Shown here piece by piece: positions 35,798 to 44,900 of a DNA stretch of 64,000 nucleotides. A program made the position numbers and the translations under genes. Within the stretch, counting starts at the first letter, position 1; the number at the start of each line of letters is the position of its first letter. The notes under the pieces are model-generated. The model made no database searches. It was not told where the DNA came from and saw only the letters and a list, made by a program, of their open reading frames with translations. This stretch comes from Akkermansiaceae bacterium (GTDB lineage Bacteria > Verrucomicrobiota > Verrucomicrobiia > Verrucomicrobiales > Akkermansiaceae), in NCBI GenBank assembly GCA_039769075.1, contig JBDMZE010000012.1, positions 171 to 64,170 on the forward strand. Direction: 5' to 3'.

Positions 35798-36805
35798 ATG
35801 AAACTCGTTTGTCTTGGCCTCAATCATGAGACCGCGCCTGTCGAGGTGCGGGAGCGCTTTGCGCTGTCTGAAAAGAGGATGAGCGAGGAAGGTTCGCACC
35901 TTTTGGCCGATCCGGTGGTGGCCGAGACGGTAGTTTTATCGACCTGCAATCGCACCGAATATTACGCCGTGATCGAGGATGGTGGCGTGCAGCATCTTGA
36001 GGACTGGGTCTGTCAGCAGCACCACTTCGAGGGTTCCCGTGAGGGCATCTTTTACCACCACGAGGCCAGGAATGCCGCTTTGCACCTCTGCCGCGTCGCT
36101 AGCGGGATGAACTCGATGGTGTTGGGCGAGACCGAGATCTTCGGCCAGGTGAAAAAGGCCTATCAAGCGGCACTCTTGAGCGGCACGACCTCTGGCATTT
36201 TAAACAAGCTCTTCCAGCGCGCCTTCGGGGTCGGAAAACGTGTGCGGACCCATACTGGCATCCAAGAGGGAGCCACCTCAGTCGCGGGAGCGGCGGTGGA
36301 ACTCGCGGAGCAGGTCTTTGGTAAATTGAAAGGAAGCTCGGTGATGGTTGTCGGAGCCGGGGAGATGAGTCGCCAGACTGCGCAGGCTCTGCAATCGCGC
36401 GGCGCAAGTTCGGTGATTGTCACGAACCGCTCATTCGATGCCGCTGAGAAGCTTGCCGCTGAGATTGGCGGAGCGGCAGTGGGCTTCGATGACTGGCAGA
36501 ATTCGCTTGAGAAAATCGACGTCCTCATTTCCTCCACCGGTGCCCCACACTACGTGGTGAAGCCGCGCGATATCGAGGCGGTGCGCCGCAAGCGGAAGTT
36601 CCGCCCGCTCATCATGGTCGACATTGCGGTGCCGCGTGATATCGATCCCGAGGTCGGGGAGATCGAGGAAGTTTATCTCTACGACATCGATACTCTGCAA
36701 GGGATGGCTGACCAGGCGCGCGAGCGTCGCATCGAGCAGCTGAAGATCTGCGAGGGAATCATTGAGGAAGAATTAGAAAAGGCCGCGCTGCCAGGACTGG
36801 AATGA
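35798..36805 (+). CDS. hemA: Glutamyl-tRNA reductase (short form, 335 aa)
   Basis: LSTCNRTEYY catalytic-Cys motif and VVGAGEMS NADPH site. The gene ends early, overlapping the hemC start (ATGA). Confidence 0.85.
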   Translation: MKLVCLGLNHETAPVEVRERFALSEKRMSEEGSHLLADPVVAETVVLSTCNRTEYYAVIEDGGVQHLEDWVCQQHHFEGSREGIFYHHEARNAALHLCRVASGMNSMVLGETEIFGQVKKAYQAALLSGTTSGILNKLFQRAFGVGKRVRTHTGIQEGATSVAGAAVELAEQVFGKLKGSSVMVVGAGEMSRQTAQALQSRGASSVIVTNRSFDAAEKLAAEIGGAAVGFDDWQNSLEKIDVLISSTGAPHYVVKPRDIEAVRRKRKFRPLIMVDIAVPRDIDPEVGEIEEVYLYDIDTLQGMADQARERRIEQLKICEGIIEEELEKAALPGLE

Positions 36806-37713
36806 ACAAGCTAAAGATCGGAACACGCGGGAGCGCTCTCGCCTTGAAGCAAGCAGAGATAACGGAAGCAGCCCTCGCGGCGGCTTTCCCTGAGTTGGAA
36901 GTTGAGCGTGTCATCATCACGACGACGGGCGACCGCCGCACCGATGTCGCGCTCAGCGAGGTGGCAAAGGTCGAGGGCGTCTGGGACAAAGGCGTCTTCA
37001 TTAAGGAACTCGAGATCGCTCTGGAAAATGGCGAGATTGATGTCGCGGTCCACTCACTTAAGGATCTGCCCACGGTGTTAGAAGATCAGTTCGAGCTGGC
37101 CGGCGTGCTGGAGCGGGCTCCGGTGCGGGACGCCTTTATTGGAAAAGTTTCTTGGGAGGAACTCGGCCAGGGTTCCGTGGTCGGCACGAGCTCGGCGCGA
37201 CGCGCGCAGCAGTTGGTCGATCTCAAGCCCGGAGTCGAAGTCTGCGATCTTCGTGGAAATGTCCCCACGCGCCTGCGGAAAGCGGCCGAGGGGGAGATGG
37301 ACGGCATCATTTTAGCGGAAGCGGGACTGCGCAGGCTGGGTTACTCAGTCGAAGGCAGCTTGGAGATCGAGGGCCATGTGCTGTCGGTCCAGTGCTTGCC
37401 GGAGCGTGAGTTTTTTCCAGCAGCAGGCCAAGGTGCCGTGGGCTACGAGATTCGATCAAATGATTGTGAAAGCCGAGCGATCATCGCTGCGCTCAATCAC
37501 GATGATACCTGGGCTCGCATCACCGCTGAGCGGCGCTTTCTGGAGCTTCTCTCCGCAGGCTGCAACACGCCGGTGGGAGTCTGGAGCGAGATCACCGGAG
37601 ACGAAATTAAGATGGGCGCACGCGTCTATCCCGAGACGGGCGGGGAGCCGCAGCGGGCGGAAGTTTCCGCCGCGCCGGGCGAGGTCGCCGAACTGCTTTT
37701 CAACGAATTGTAA
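36802..37713 (+). CDS. hemC: Hydroxymethylbilane synthase (porphobilinogen deaminase)
   Basis: KIGTRGSALALKQAE, HSLKDLPT and GCNTPVG motifs. Confidence 0.92.
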   Translation: MNKLKIGTRGSALALKQAEITEAALAAAFPELEVERVIITTTGDRRTDVALSEVAKVEGVWDKGVFIKELEIALENGEIDVAVHSLKDLPTVLEDQFELAGVLERAPVRDAFIGKVSWEELGQGSVVGTSSARRAQQLVDLKPGVEVCDLRGNVPTRLRKAAEGEMDGIILAEAGLRRLGYSVEGSLEIEGHVLSVQCLPEREFFPAAGQGAVGYEIRSNDCESRAIIAALNHDDTWARITAERRFLELLSAGCNTPVGVWSEITGDEIKMGARVYPETGGEPQRAEVSAAPGEVAELLFNEL

Positions 37714-37721
37714 TTAATAAT

Positions 37722-39230
37722 ATGGGCAAAAAAGGAATCTGTTACCTGGTGGGCGCGGGCCCAGGAGATGTCGGTCTAGTCACGCTGAAGGCCAAGGAGT
37801 GCATCGAGAAGTGCGATGTCCTTGTCTATGACGCGCTCTCAAGTGCCGAGTTGGTCGGCTGGGCTAAGAAGGGCTGTGAGTTGATCTTTGCCGGTAAGCG
37901 CGCGCTCGATCATGCGATTCCACAGGACAAGATTAACGACCTGATCGTCGAGAAGACGCTCGAAGGAAAAATAGTCACGCGCCTCAAGGGCGGTGATCCT
38001 ATGATCTTCGGTCGGGGTGGGGAAGAAGCGGCCGAGCTTGCCGAAGCGGGGGTCAAGTTTGAGATCGTGCCCGGCATTTCCTCCACCATCGCGGGACCTG
38101 CCTACGCCGGAATTCCCGTGACGCATCGCGATCATTGCTCGCAGCTCACCATTTTCACCGGACACGAAGACCCTACCAAAGAGGACACCTCGCTCGACTT
38201 CGAGCAGCTTGCGAAAGCTCCCGGCACGAAAGTCTTCGTCATGGGCGTCGCTCGCCTGCGTGGCATTTGTGAAAAATTCATCGAGGGAGGTGCAAGTTCA
38301 TCCACTCCCATTGCCCTCACGCGCTGGGCAACCACCGGCAAGCACCGCACCATCGAGGGAACCCTCAAAACGATCGCTGACATCGCTGAGAAGGAGAACT
38401 TCAAATCACCCGCCGTCGCGGTGGTTGGAAATGTCGTCAAGGAACGCAAGAAGATCAATTGGTTCGAGACTCGGCCTCTTCTAGGCAAGCGCATTGTGGT
38501 CACTCGCACCCGCGAGCAAGCAGGGGAGTTGAGCAAGCAGCTTGGTGATCTCGGAGCGGATGTCGTGGAGCTTCCGACCATCCGCATCGAGCACCCGCAG
38601 GACAAGATGGACTTCGCCCAAATGGTGGCCGACGCGCATACCTACGACTGGCTCATTTTCACGAGCCCGAATGGCGTGGAGAAATTCTTCGATGCCTTCT
38701 ATGCCACTTATCAAGATGCCCGCAGCCTCGGAGGCCCGCGCATCGCCGCCATCGGGCCGAGCACCGAAGCTAAGATCCGCGAGTATCGTTTCACGGTGGA
38801 TCTTCTTCCGGAAAAATTTGTCGCCGAAGGTCTCGTAGAGGCCTTCAAAAAAGAAAACGTGGAGCACCAAAAACTCCTCTGGATCAAAGCGGAAGAAACC
38901 CGCGATGTCCTCTATCACTCTCTCATGGACCTAGGCGCAATCGTCGATTCCTGTCTCGCCTACCGCACCGTGCCAGAGACGGAAGATCCCACCGGAGCCG
39001 CCAAGCGACTCGCGGAAGATGGAGCTGACATGATCACCTTCACGAGTGGTTCTACGGCAGAAAACTTCTTCAAAATGGGCATCGATTGGCCAGAGGGCTG
39101 CGTCGCAGGAAGCATCGGTCCCGTCACGAGTAAGACCTTTAAGTCACTCTCGGAAGAGACCTGCATCGAGTCAAAGAAGCACGATGTCCCCGGCTTGGTA
39201 GCTGCTATTTTGAAGCATTTTAAAAAGTAG
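37722..39230 (+). CDS. cobA: Fused uroporphyrinogen-III C-methyltransferase / uroporphyrinogen-III synthase
   Basis: N-terminal half has YLVGAGPGD...RLKGGDPMIFGRG (SUMT). The C-terminal ~250 aa has a HemD-like pattern (RIVVTRTREQ...FTSPNGV...FTSGSTA). Confidence 0.88.
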   Translation: MGKKGICYLVGAGPGDVGLVTLKAKECIEKCDVLVYDALSSAELVGWAKKGCELIFAGKRALDHAIPQDKINDLIVEKTLEGKIVTRLKGGDPMIFGRGGEEAAELAEAGVKFEIVPGISSTIAGPAYAGIPVTHRDHCSQLTIFTGHEDPTKEDTSLDFEQLAKAPGTKVFVMGVARLRGICEKFIEGGASSSTPIALTRWATTGKHRTIEGTLKTIADIAEKENFKSPAVAVVGNVVKERKKINWFETRPLLGKRIVVTRTREQAGELSKQLGDLGADVVELPTIRIEHPQDKMDFAQMVADAHTYDWLIFTSPNGVEKFFDAFYATYQDARSLGGPRIAAIGPSTEAKIREYRFTVDLLPEKFVAEGLVEAFKKENVEHQKLLWIKAEETRDVLYHSLMDLGAIVDSCLAYRTVPETEDPTGAAKRLAEDGADMITFTSGSTAENFFKMGIDWPEGCVAGSIGPVTSKTFKSLSEETCIESKKHDVPGLVAAILKHFKK

Positions 39231-39270
39231 GAGCCACGTCCTGAAAGAAAGAGCACGGCTGGTCACGTTA

Positions 39271-41010
39271 GTGTCCTCCGTGCGAATCTTGCTTTGTCTT
39301 GCTTTAATCGGTGCCGCGATGGCGCGGCCGAATGTCGTTGTTTTTCTCGCTGATGATCAGGGGTGGGGGGATCTCTCGATTCATGGGAATTCCAATCTCA
39401 GCACGCCGCACATTGACTCGCTGGCGAAGGAAGGGACGTGCTTTGATCGCTTCTTTGTGGGCTCGGTTTGTGCTCCGACACGGGCTGCCTTTTTCACGGG
39501 GCGTTATCATTTACGCACCGGAGTGACGGGAGTGTCGACGGGGCGTGAGCGGCTCAATGAAGATGAACTCACCATCGGGGAAATCTTTAAGGCCGCGGGC
39601 TACGCCACCGGAGCCTTCGGCAAATGGCACAATGGCACTCAATATCCGAATCACCCGAATGCGCGGGGTTTCGAGGAATATTACGGGTTCACCTCCGGCC
39701 ACTGGGGTCAATATTTCAGTCCCATACTCGATCACAATGGCACCTTTGTGAAAGGGGAGGGCTACATCACGGATGATCTCACCAACAAGGCGATGAAGTT
39801 CATCGGGGAGCAAGCGGAGGCGAAGAAGCCCTTCTTCGCTTACTTGCCTTACTGCACGCCGCACTCGCCGATGCAGGTGCCGGATGAGTTCTGGGATCGC
39901 TTCGCGAACAAGGATCTTAAGATGAAGCACCGTGATCGAAAGAAGGAGCAATCACTTCATCTACGGGCCGCGCTCGCGATGTGCGAGAATATCGATTGGA
40001 ATGTTGGGCGCGTCTTGAAACAGCTCGATGATCTCGGCTTGGCCGATGACACCATTGTGATCTATTTTTCTGATAACGGGCCCAATGGCTTTCGCTGGAA
40101 TGACGGGATGAAGGGGAAAAAGGGGGCGGTCGATGAAGGCGGCTTGCGGGTTCCTTTTTTCATTCGTTGGCCCGGTAAGATCCCCGCAGGGCATGAGGTG
40201 AAGGAGATCGCAGATGCCATCGATATTCTGCCCACGCTGACGGATCTCGTGGGCATCAAGCGGGCCGAGCCGAAGCCGATTGATGGTCTCAGCCTGAAGC
40301 CACTCATCATGAAGTCTGACGGCGACTGGCCGGATCGCGTCATCTACTCGACCTTCCGTGGGAAGACCTCGCTTCGAACCCCGCGGTATCGTCTCTCGGA
40401 TAAGAATGAGCTTTTCGACATGATCGTCGATCCCAGCCAAGACGTGGATGTGGCTTCACGAGAAAAAGAGCGCCACGCTGAGTTGGTCGCTCTCAAGAAT
40501 GATTGGTTTTCCTCGGTTCAACCGAAGTCGGGTAAGCGTCCTTTTGTGGTAGGATATCCCGGGAGTCCTTATACCCAGCTTCCTGCTCGCGATGGGGAAT
40601 CAAGTGGAGGAATCAAGCGCTCATCGATTCATCCGAACTGTTCTTATTTTCTCAATTGGAATTCTCCTGAAGACCGGATTACGTGGAATGTCGATGTGGC
40701 TACTGCTGGAAAATACCGCGTCGATCTTCGCTACGCCTGCCCCGAGAGTGATCTCGGATCTGAGCTTGAGCTGATCTTTAAAAAGAGCCGGGTTTCGGGA
40801 AAAATTACCGTCGCTCACGACCCACCTCTCATCGGAAAAGAGGACGATCGCTCACCTCGCACGGAATCTTATGTGAAGGATTTTAAGCCAATGACGCTGG
40901 GGACGATCGAGCTCGAGAAGGGGATGGGGATCTTGAGTCTGCGGGCTCTTAATATCCCCGGAAAGCAAGCGATGGAGCTTCGTCTACTTCGCTTGACGCA
41001 GGTGGAGTGA
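39271..41010 (+). CDS. Cys-type arylsulfatase with C-terminal beta-sandwich domain
   Basis: Signal peptide, NVVVFLADDQGWGD and CAPTRAAFFTGR (CxPxR formylglycine motif). About 130 extra C-terminal aa. GTG start. Confidence 0.88.
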   Translation: MSSVRILLCLALIGAAMARPNVVVFLADDQGWGDLSIHGNSNLSTPHIDSLAKEGTCFDRFFVGSVCAPTRAAFFTGRYHLRTGVTGVSTGRERLNEDELTIGEIFKAAGYATGAFGKWHNGTQYPNHPNARGFEEYYGFTSGHWGQYFSPILDHNGTFVKGEGYITDDLTNKAMKFIGEQAEAKKPFFAYLPYCTPHSPMQVPDEFWDRFANKDLKMKHRDRKKEQSLHLRAALAMCENIDWNVGRVLKQLDDLGLADDTIVIYFSDNGPNGFRWNDGMKGKKGAVDEGGLRVPFFIRWPGKIPAGHEVKEIADAIDILPTLTDLVGIKRAEPKPIDGLSLKPLIMKSDGDWPDRVIYSTFRGKTSLRTPRYRLSDKNELFDMIVDPSQDVDVASREKERHAELVALKNDWFSSVQPKSGKRPFVVGYPGSPYTQLPARDGESSGGIKRSSIHPNCSYFLNWNSPEDRITWNVDVATAGKYRVDLRYACPESDLGSELELIFKKSRVSGKITVAHDPPLIGKEDDRSPRTESYVKDFKPMTLGTIELEKGMGILSLRALNIPGKQAMELRLLRLTQVE

Positions 41011-41091
41011 TGATTCGACCTCTCGAGGGTTTCTGTTCTATTCTTAACCGTTGCGCTGACCGTCTCTTTCGATTCAGTCTGTGCAAGTCTC

Positions 41092-41964
41092 ATGAAATCT
41101 CTCCTCTATTACTTGGTCGATGTCTTTACCGATCAACCTTTCGGTGGAAACCCCTTGGCGGTTTTTCCAAATGCTGATGACTTGAGGCAGGAAGAGATGC
41201 AGCAGATCGCTCAGGAGTTGAATCTTTCCGAGACGACCTTTCTGCAAAAGGCGACGAGTGAGGGGGTTGACTGCACGGTCCGGATCTTTACGCCGAAATG
41301 TGAGGTTCCCATGGCGGGTCATCCGACCATTGGGACTGCATTTGTGCTCCTTGAGAGAAACCTTCTGGAGTCGAGAAAAGAGGGGTGCTTGATCTTCGAT
41401 CTTGGAATTGGACCGACGAAGGTTGATACGAGGGGGCTCATCACGATGCACCAACGGGTCCCCGAGTTTGGGGAAGTTATCGACTCAGTCGGCGTGATGA
41501 AAGCGCTTGGGCTTGCAAACTCCGACCTTCTTCCAAATATCCCCGTGCAGATTGTTTCGGTTGGGGTGCCTTTTATTTTAGTTCCCATCAAGTCACTCGA
41601 AGCGGTGAAACGGGCGAGGCTCAATCTAGAACTTCTCGATCAAGTTTGTGAAGATCATGGATCACGCGAAGTGATGCCCTTTTGTCTTGATGCAAAAATG
41701 CCGAGCGCCTCTGCCCACAGTCGGATGTTTGCTCCTCGTTTTGGAATCATTGAAGACCCTGCCACTGGGAGTGCGCAAGGTCCTTTGGCTGCTTATCGTG
41801 TCAAATATGGCCTGACTGAGAGCCATTCGATGCAACATGAACAAGGGATTGAAATGGGGCGACCTAGTTTGATATCAACTGACGTGATGGATGACGGGAG
41901 CGTGAAGGTTGGTGGTCAGTGCGTCCTTATGGGATCGGGAGAACTCTTCCTCCCGGAGTTCTGA
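41092..41964 (+). CDS. PhzF-family isomerase
   Basis: 290 aa. VDVFTDQPFGGNPLAVF, NLSETTF and GHPTIGTA motifs. Confidence 0.85.
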   Translation: MKSLLYYLVDVFTDQPFGGNPLAVFPNADDLRQEEMQQIAQELNLSETTFLQKATSEGVDCTVRIFTPKCEVPMAGHPTIGTAFVLLERNLLESRKEGCLIFDLGIGPTKVDTRGLITMHQRVPEFGEVIDSVGVMKALGLANSDLLPNIPVQIVSVGVPFILVPIKSLEAVKRARLNLELLDQVCEDHGSREVMPFCLDAKMPSASAHSRMFAPRFGIIEDPATGSAQGPLAAYRVKYGLTESHSMQHEQGIEMGRPSLISTDVMDDGSVKVGGQCVLMGSGELFLPEF

Positions 41965-41970
41965 AAATAT

Positions 41971-44900
41971 TTATTCAAGATCCCAAGTGGCACGGTAGAA
42001 CTGTTTCGCTTGGTCAGCTTTGGGTTCGATGAGACGGATGCTGATCTGGGTGGTGCCTTCGGAAGGGTTGTTGTTTCGAGCGGTCTCTTGATAGGTGTTC
42101 GAGGCGAGGGTAGACCAGGTTTGGAGGTCGTCTGAAACTTCGACGCGGAGGGTGCTTTGGTCCGTTTGAAGGGGGAAGGAGGAGGAGAAATCAACGGTGA
42201 TCTGCCCAGAGGCGGTGATGATGTTTGAAGTAAGGACGGGGCGTGAGGCTGCGGAGCGAGGATCAGTTTGGAAGTTAAATTCCTGCTCGTTGGTGAAGCC
42301 GTCGCCATCGGGGTCTGCGCTATTGCCGGAGATGGCGGTGTCACTCAGTTCAGCGGGGCTGAAGTGAGTGCTCAGCCAGACGTTCTGAGTGGGGAATACG
42401 AGGACGGTGGCTTGTGCGATGATGCTCCCATTTAGAATCAAGGTGTAGGTCGTGTCCTCTAGTGGTGAGACGAGGAGGTGGCCGATGCCATTGATGGTGT
42501 GGCTGGTGACATCTCCTTCTCCTTGGTTCATGATCACGGTGGAGGCTCCCTCGACATTCCACTGCAGGGTGGTGGCGTCACCGGCGATGATCGAGGGATG
42601 GAGCGCGCCGAAGGAATGAATGGAGGCAGACCCTTCTGGAGACGCTGTTTGTCCCGTGCGGGTCTCGGAGACTGGGTTGTCTCCGTAGGAGATATCCACC
42701 TTGTAGGTGCGTGAGTTGTCGTAAACTGGGAGGCGGACGAGGCTTCCGGGGAAGCGCATGGAGTAGACGAGGTCTCCGGTTGATTCATCGTAGACGGAAA
42801 CGACGGGGGTGTCTTCCGAAAGGGTATCGATGAGCGGGAGAAAGCCGGTCGGTTCGCGGCCGTCGTTGTCGGTTTGATTGATGGTGACGGGCCAGCCGAG
42901 GAACTGTGTGCCGGTTTGCGGGAACTCGGGGTCGGCGTGGATGGGCCAGGATTCGAAGGTGATTTCACGCGTTGTTTTATCGACGCGGATGATGCCGTAG
43001 CCCGCTCCGCGGTCGTGGAGGTTGGCGGGGTCGATGCCACGGGTTTGATCGTAATATTCGAGAGGGTTGGCGGCGGCGACGACGCGTAGGTGGCCGGGAA
43101 AGTCGGAGGTGAGATTGGGCTGGCCGGTGGGGAGGGTGCCGTTTCCATCAAGATAAAAGTCGCCCGTGTAGGGGCTCTCGGTCGTGGTGCGGCCGGGGGA
43201 GTTGTGGACGGGGTCCCAGACGCGGGGGAAGAAGTTCGACATCGCGGGGGAGGCGAAGGAGTAGCCCGCGTCGGCTGGGCCATCGATCCCGTGGTGGACG
43301 AGGGAGGAGAGGTGCTGGTCTCCGGCGAGTTGGAAGCTGCGCGAGAGGCGGAGGAGGTCCCAGGCTTCCTCGCGGCGATGGCTGGGCCAGCCGTGGGAGT
43401 CGCGGTCGTTGAGGCTAAATCCGTAGCCGGTGGAGGCGTGGGTGTGGATCATGCCGAAGGGGGATTGGGAGACCGCGCATTTGACGCGCTGGCCTTTCCA
43501 ATCGGTGGCCCAGGCACGGAGGAAGTCTTTTTGGCGTTGGCCGAGGAGGACTTGCTCATCGGGATCGGTGGGGAATTCTTGGCTGCCGGTTTTGAATTTT
43601 CGGTCCTCAAGAACCGCGAAGCCGACCTCGCCGTAGCTCATGCCAGTGAAGTAGACATTGATTCCTTGGGCGACGGGGGGCGCGGGTTGGGTGGGATGGT
43701 AAGGATCGGGATTTGGGAGGTGGCTGGAGTGGGTGCGGTCGACAAGGCGGACCCAGGAAGCGGCTTGCTCGTAGCCGCCGGTGCGCTGGTCATCGGTGGC
43801 AATACCGCCTTCTCCCCAGAGGTTCCCTTGGAAGACGTCGTGATCATCTGGGATGGAAATTGTGGGGATGTCCTTGGCGAGATCGCGCGCTTGGAGGACC
43901 CAGAGATACCACTTGTAGAGGTAGTCGTGGTGGAGATTAAAGGCACCGCTGAAGGCATCTTTTGAAGTGGGCTGGCCTTCGTAGATCTGGTCGCCGAGGG
44001 CGAGGAGGACGTGGGGCTGATGCTTGGTGATGTGCTCGTAGGATTGCACGTGAGGGTGCCACATTTTGACGGGAGACCAGTCCATGGAATCAGACTCGAT
44101 GCTAATGTCTGCGATTCGCTGGCAGGAGGTGTTGGCGATGATGATTTCGTTTTCCTCGACCGGGTTGTGTCGCACGGTGCCGTGCCAGTGATAGGTGGCG
44201 CCATCGACCTGCACGCCGACGCGGTAGGGGGTGTCACGGTTGTCATCCCAGAAAGGAATGGTGAAGGTGGCGGTGTAGGACGAGACGTCATCGGTGTTGT
44301 CTATCTGAGTAGTCGCGATTTGGGACCAGGTGCCATTGTTTTCAATCTCAAGAGTGACCGGAGGAGTGGTCGCTAGATCGACAGGCGGAAGGTGGGCCGA
44401 AAGTTTCAGCTCACCCCAATTCAGGCTGTAGAGAGTGCCGATGATGGCGAGGCTGCGGTCGGGCTCTGGCTGCAGGGCGGTTCCGGTTCCGGTGAAGTCA
44501 TCGAACCAAAAGGCGGTGCCGCTGGTTCCACGGTTGGAGAGGAGGCCGAAGGAACCGAGAATTCTGTCTGATGGGACCGTGGTGGTGGCTTGAGAAATGA
44601 GGTTTCCACTGGCTCCGCGTGACTGGATGGCGAGGGCATATTTGCCGGTGGAATCGTTGTAGATTCCGGTGAGAGTGAGACGTGCGGTGGATGGAAAACT
44701 TCCGGGGTTGGCACCAGCGGCCACAGGGAGAATTCCACCTTGAGAAAGATCCTCGATGATGGCGGTTCCGGTGTTACTGAGGCCGAGGAAGGTGCCGAAG
44801 TCGCGGCCGAGTCCATCGTGCACGAGCATCGATCCTCGCCAGTCGAGATTCGGTCCGGCACCGATGAGGAAGCCGGTGCGGGCGTTGCTGCTGATAGAGC

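Noticed and set aside
34997-39230. Checked the heme block (ccsA-like, hemA, hemC, cobA/hemD) for a hidden extra gene or frameshift that would explain the short HemA.
   Set aside because: hemC starts with a canonical N-terminus right at the overlap. The alternative frames downstream of the hemA stop show no HemA-like sequence, so there is no evidence of a frameshift.
42534-43283. Pro/Ser/Thr/Ala-rich alternative-frame ORFs inside the 1609-aa gene, and many similar ones at 43090-46543.
   Set aside because: These are same-locus alternative frames of a long GC-rich CDS. The low-complexity products are explained by codon-position GC bias, not by overlapping genes.
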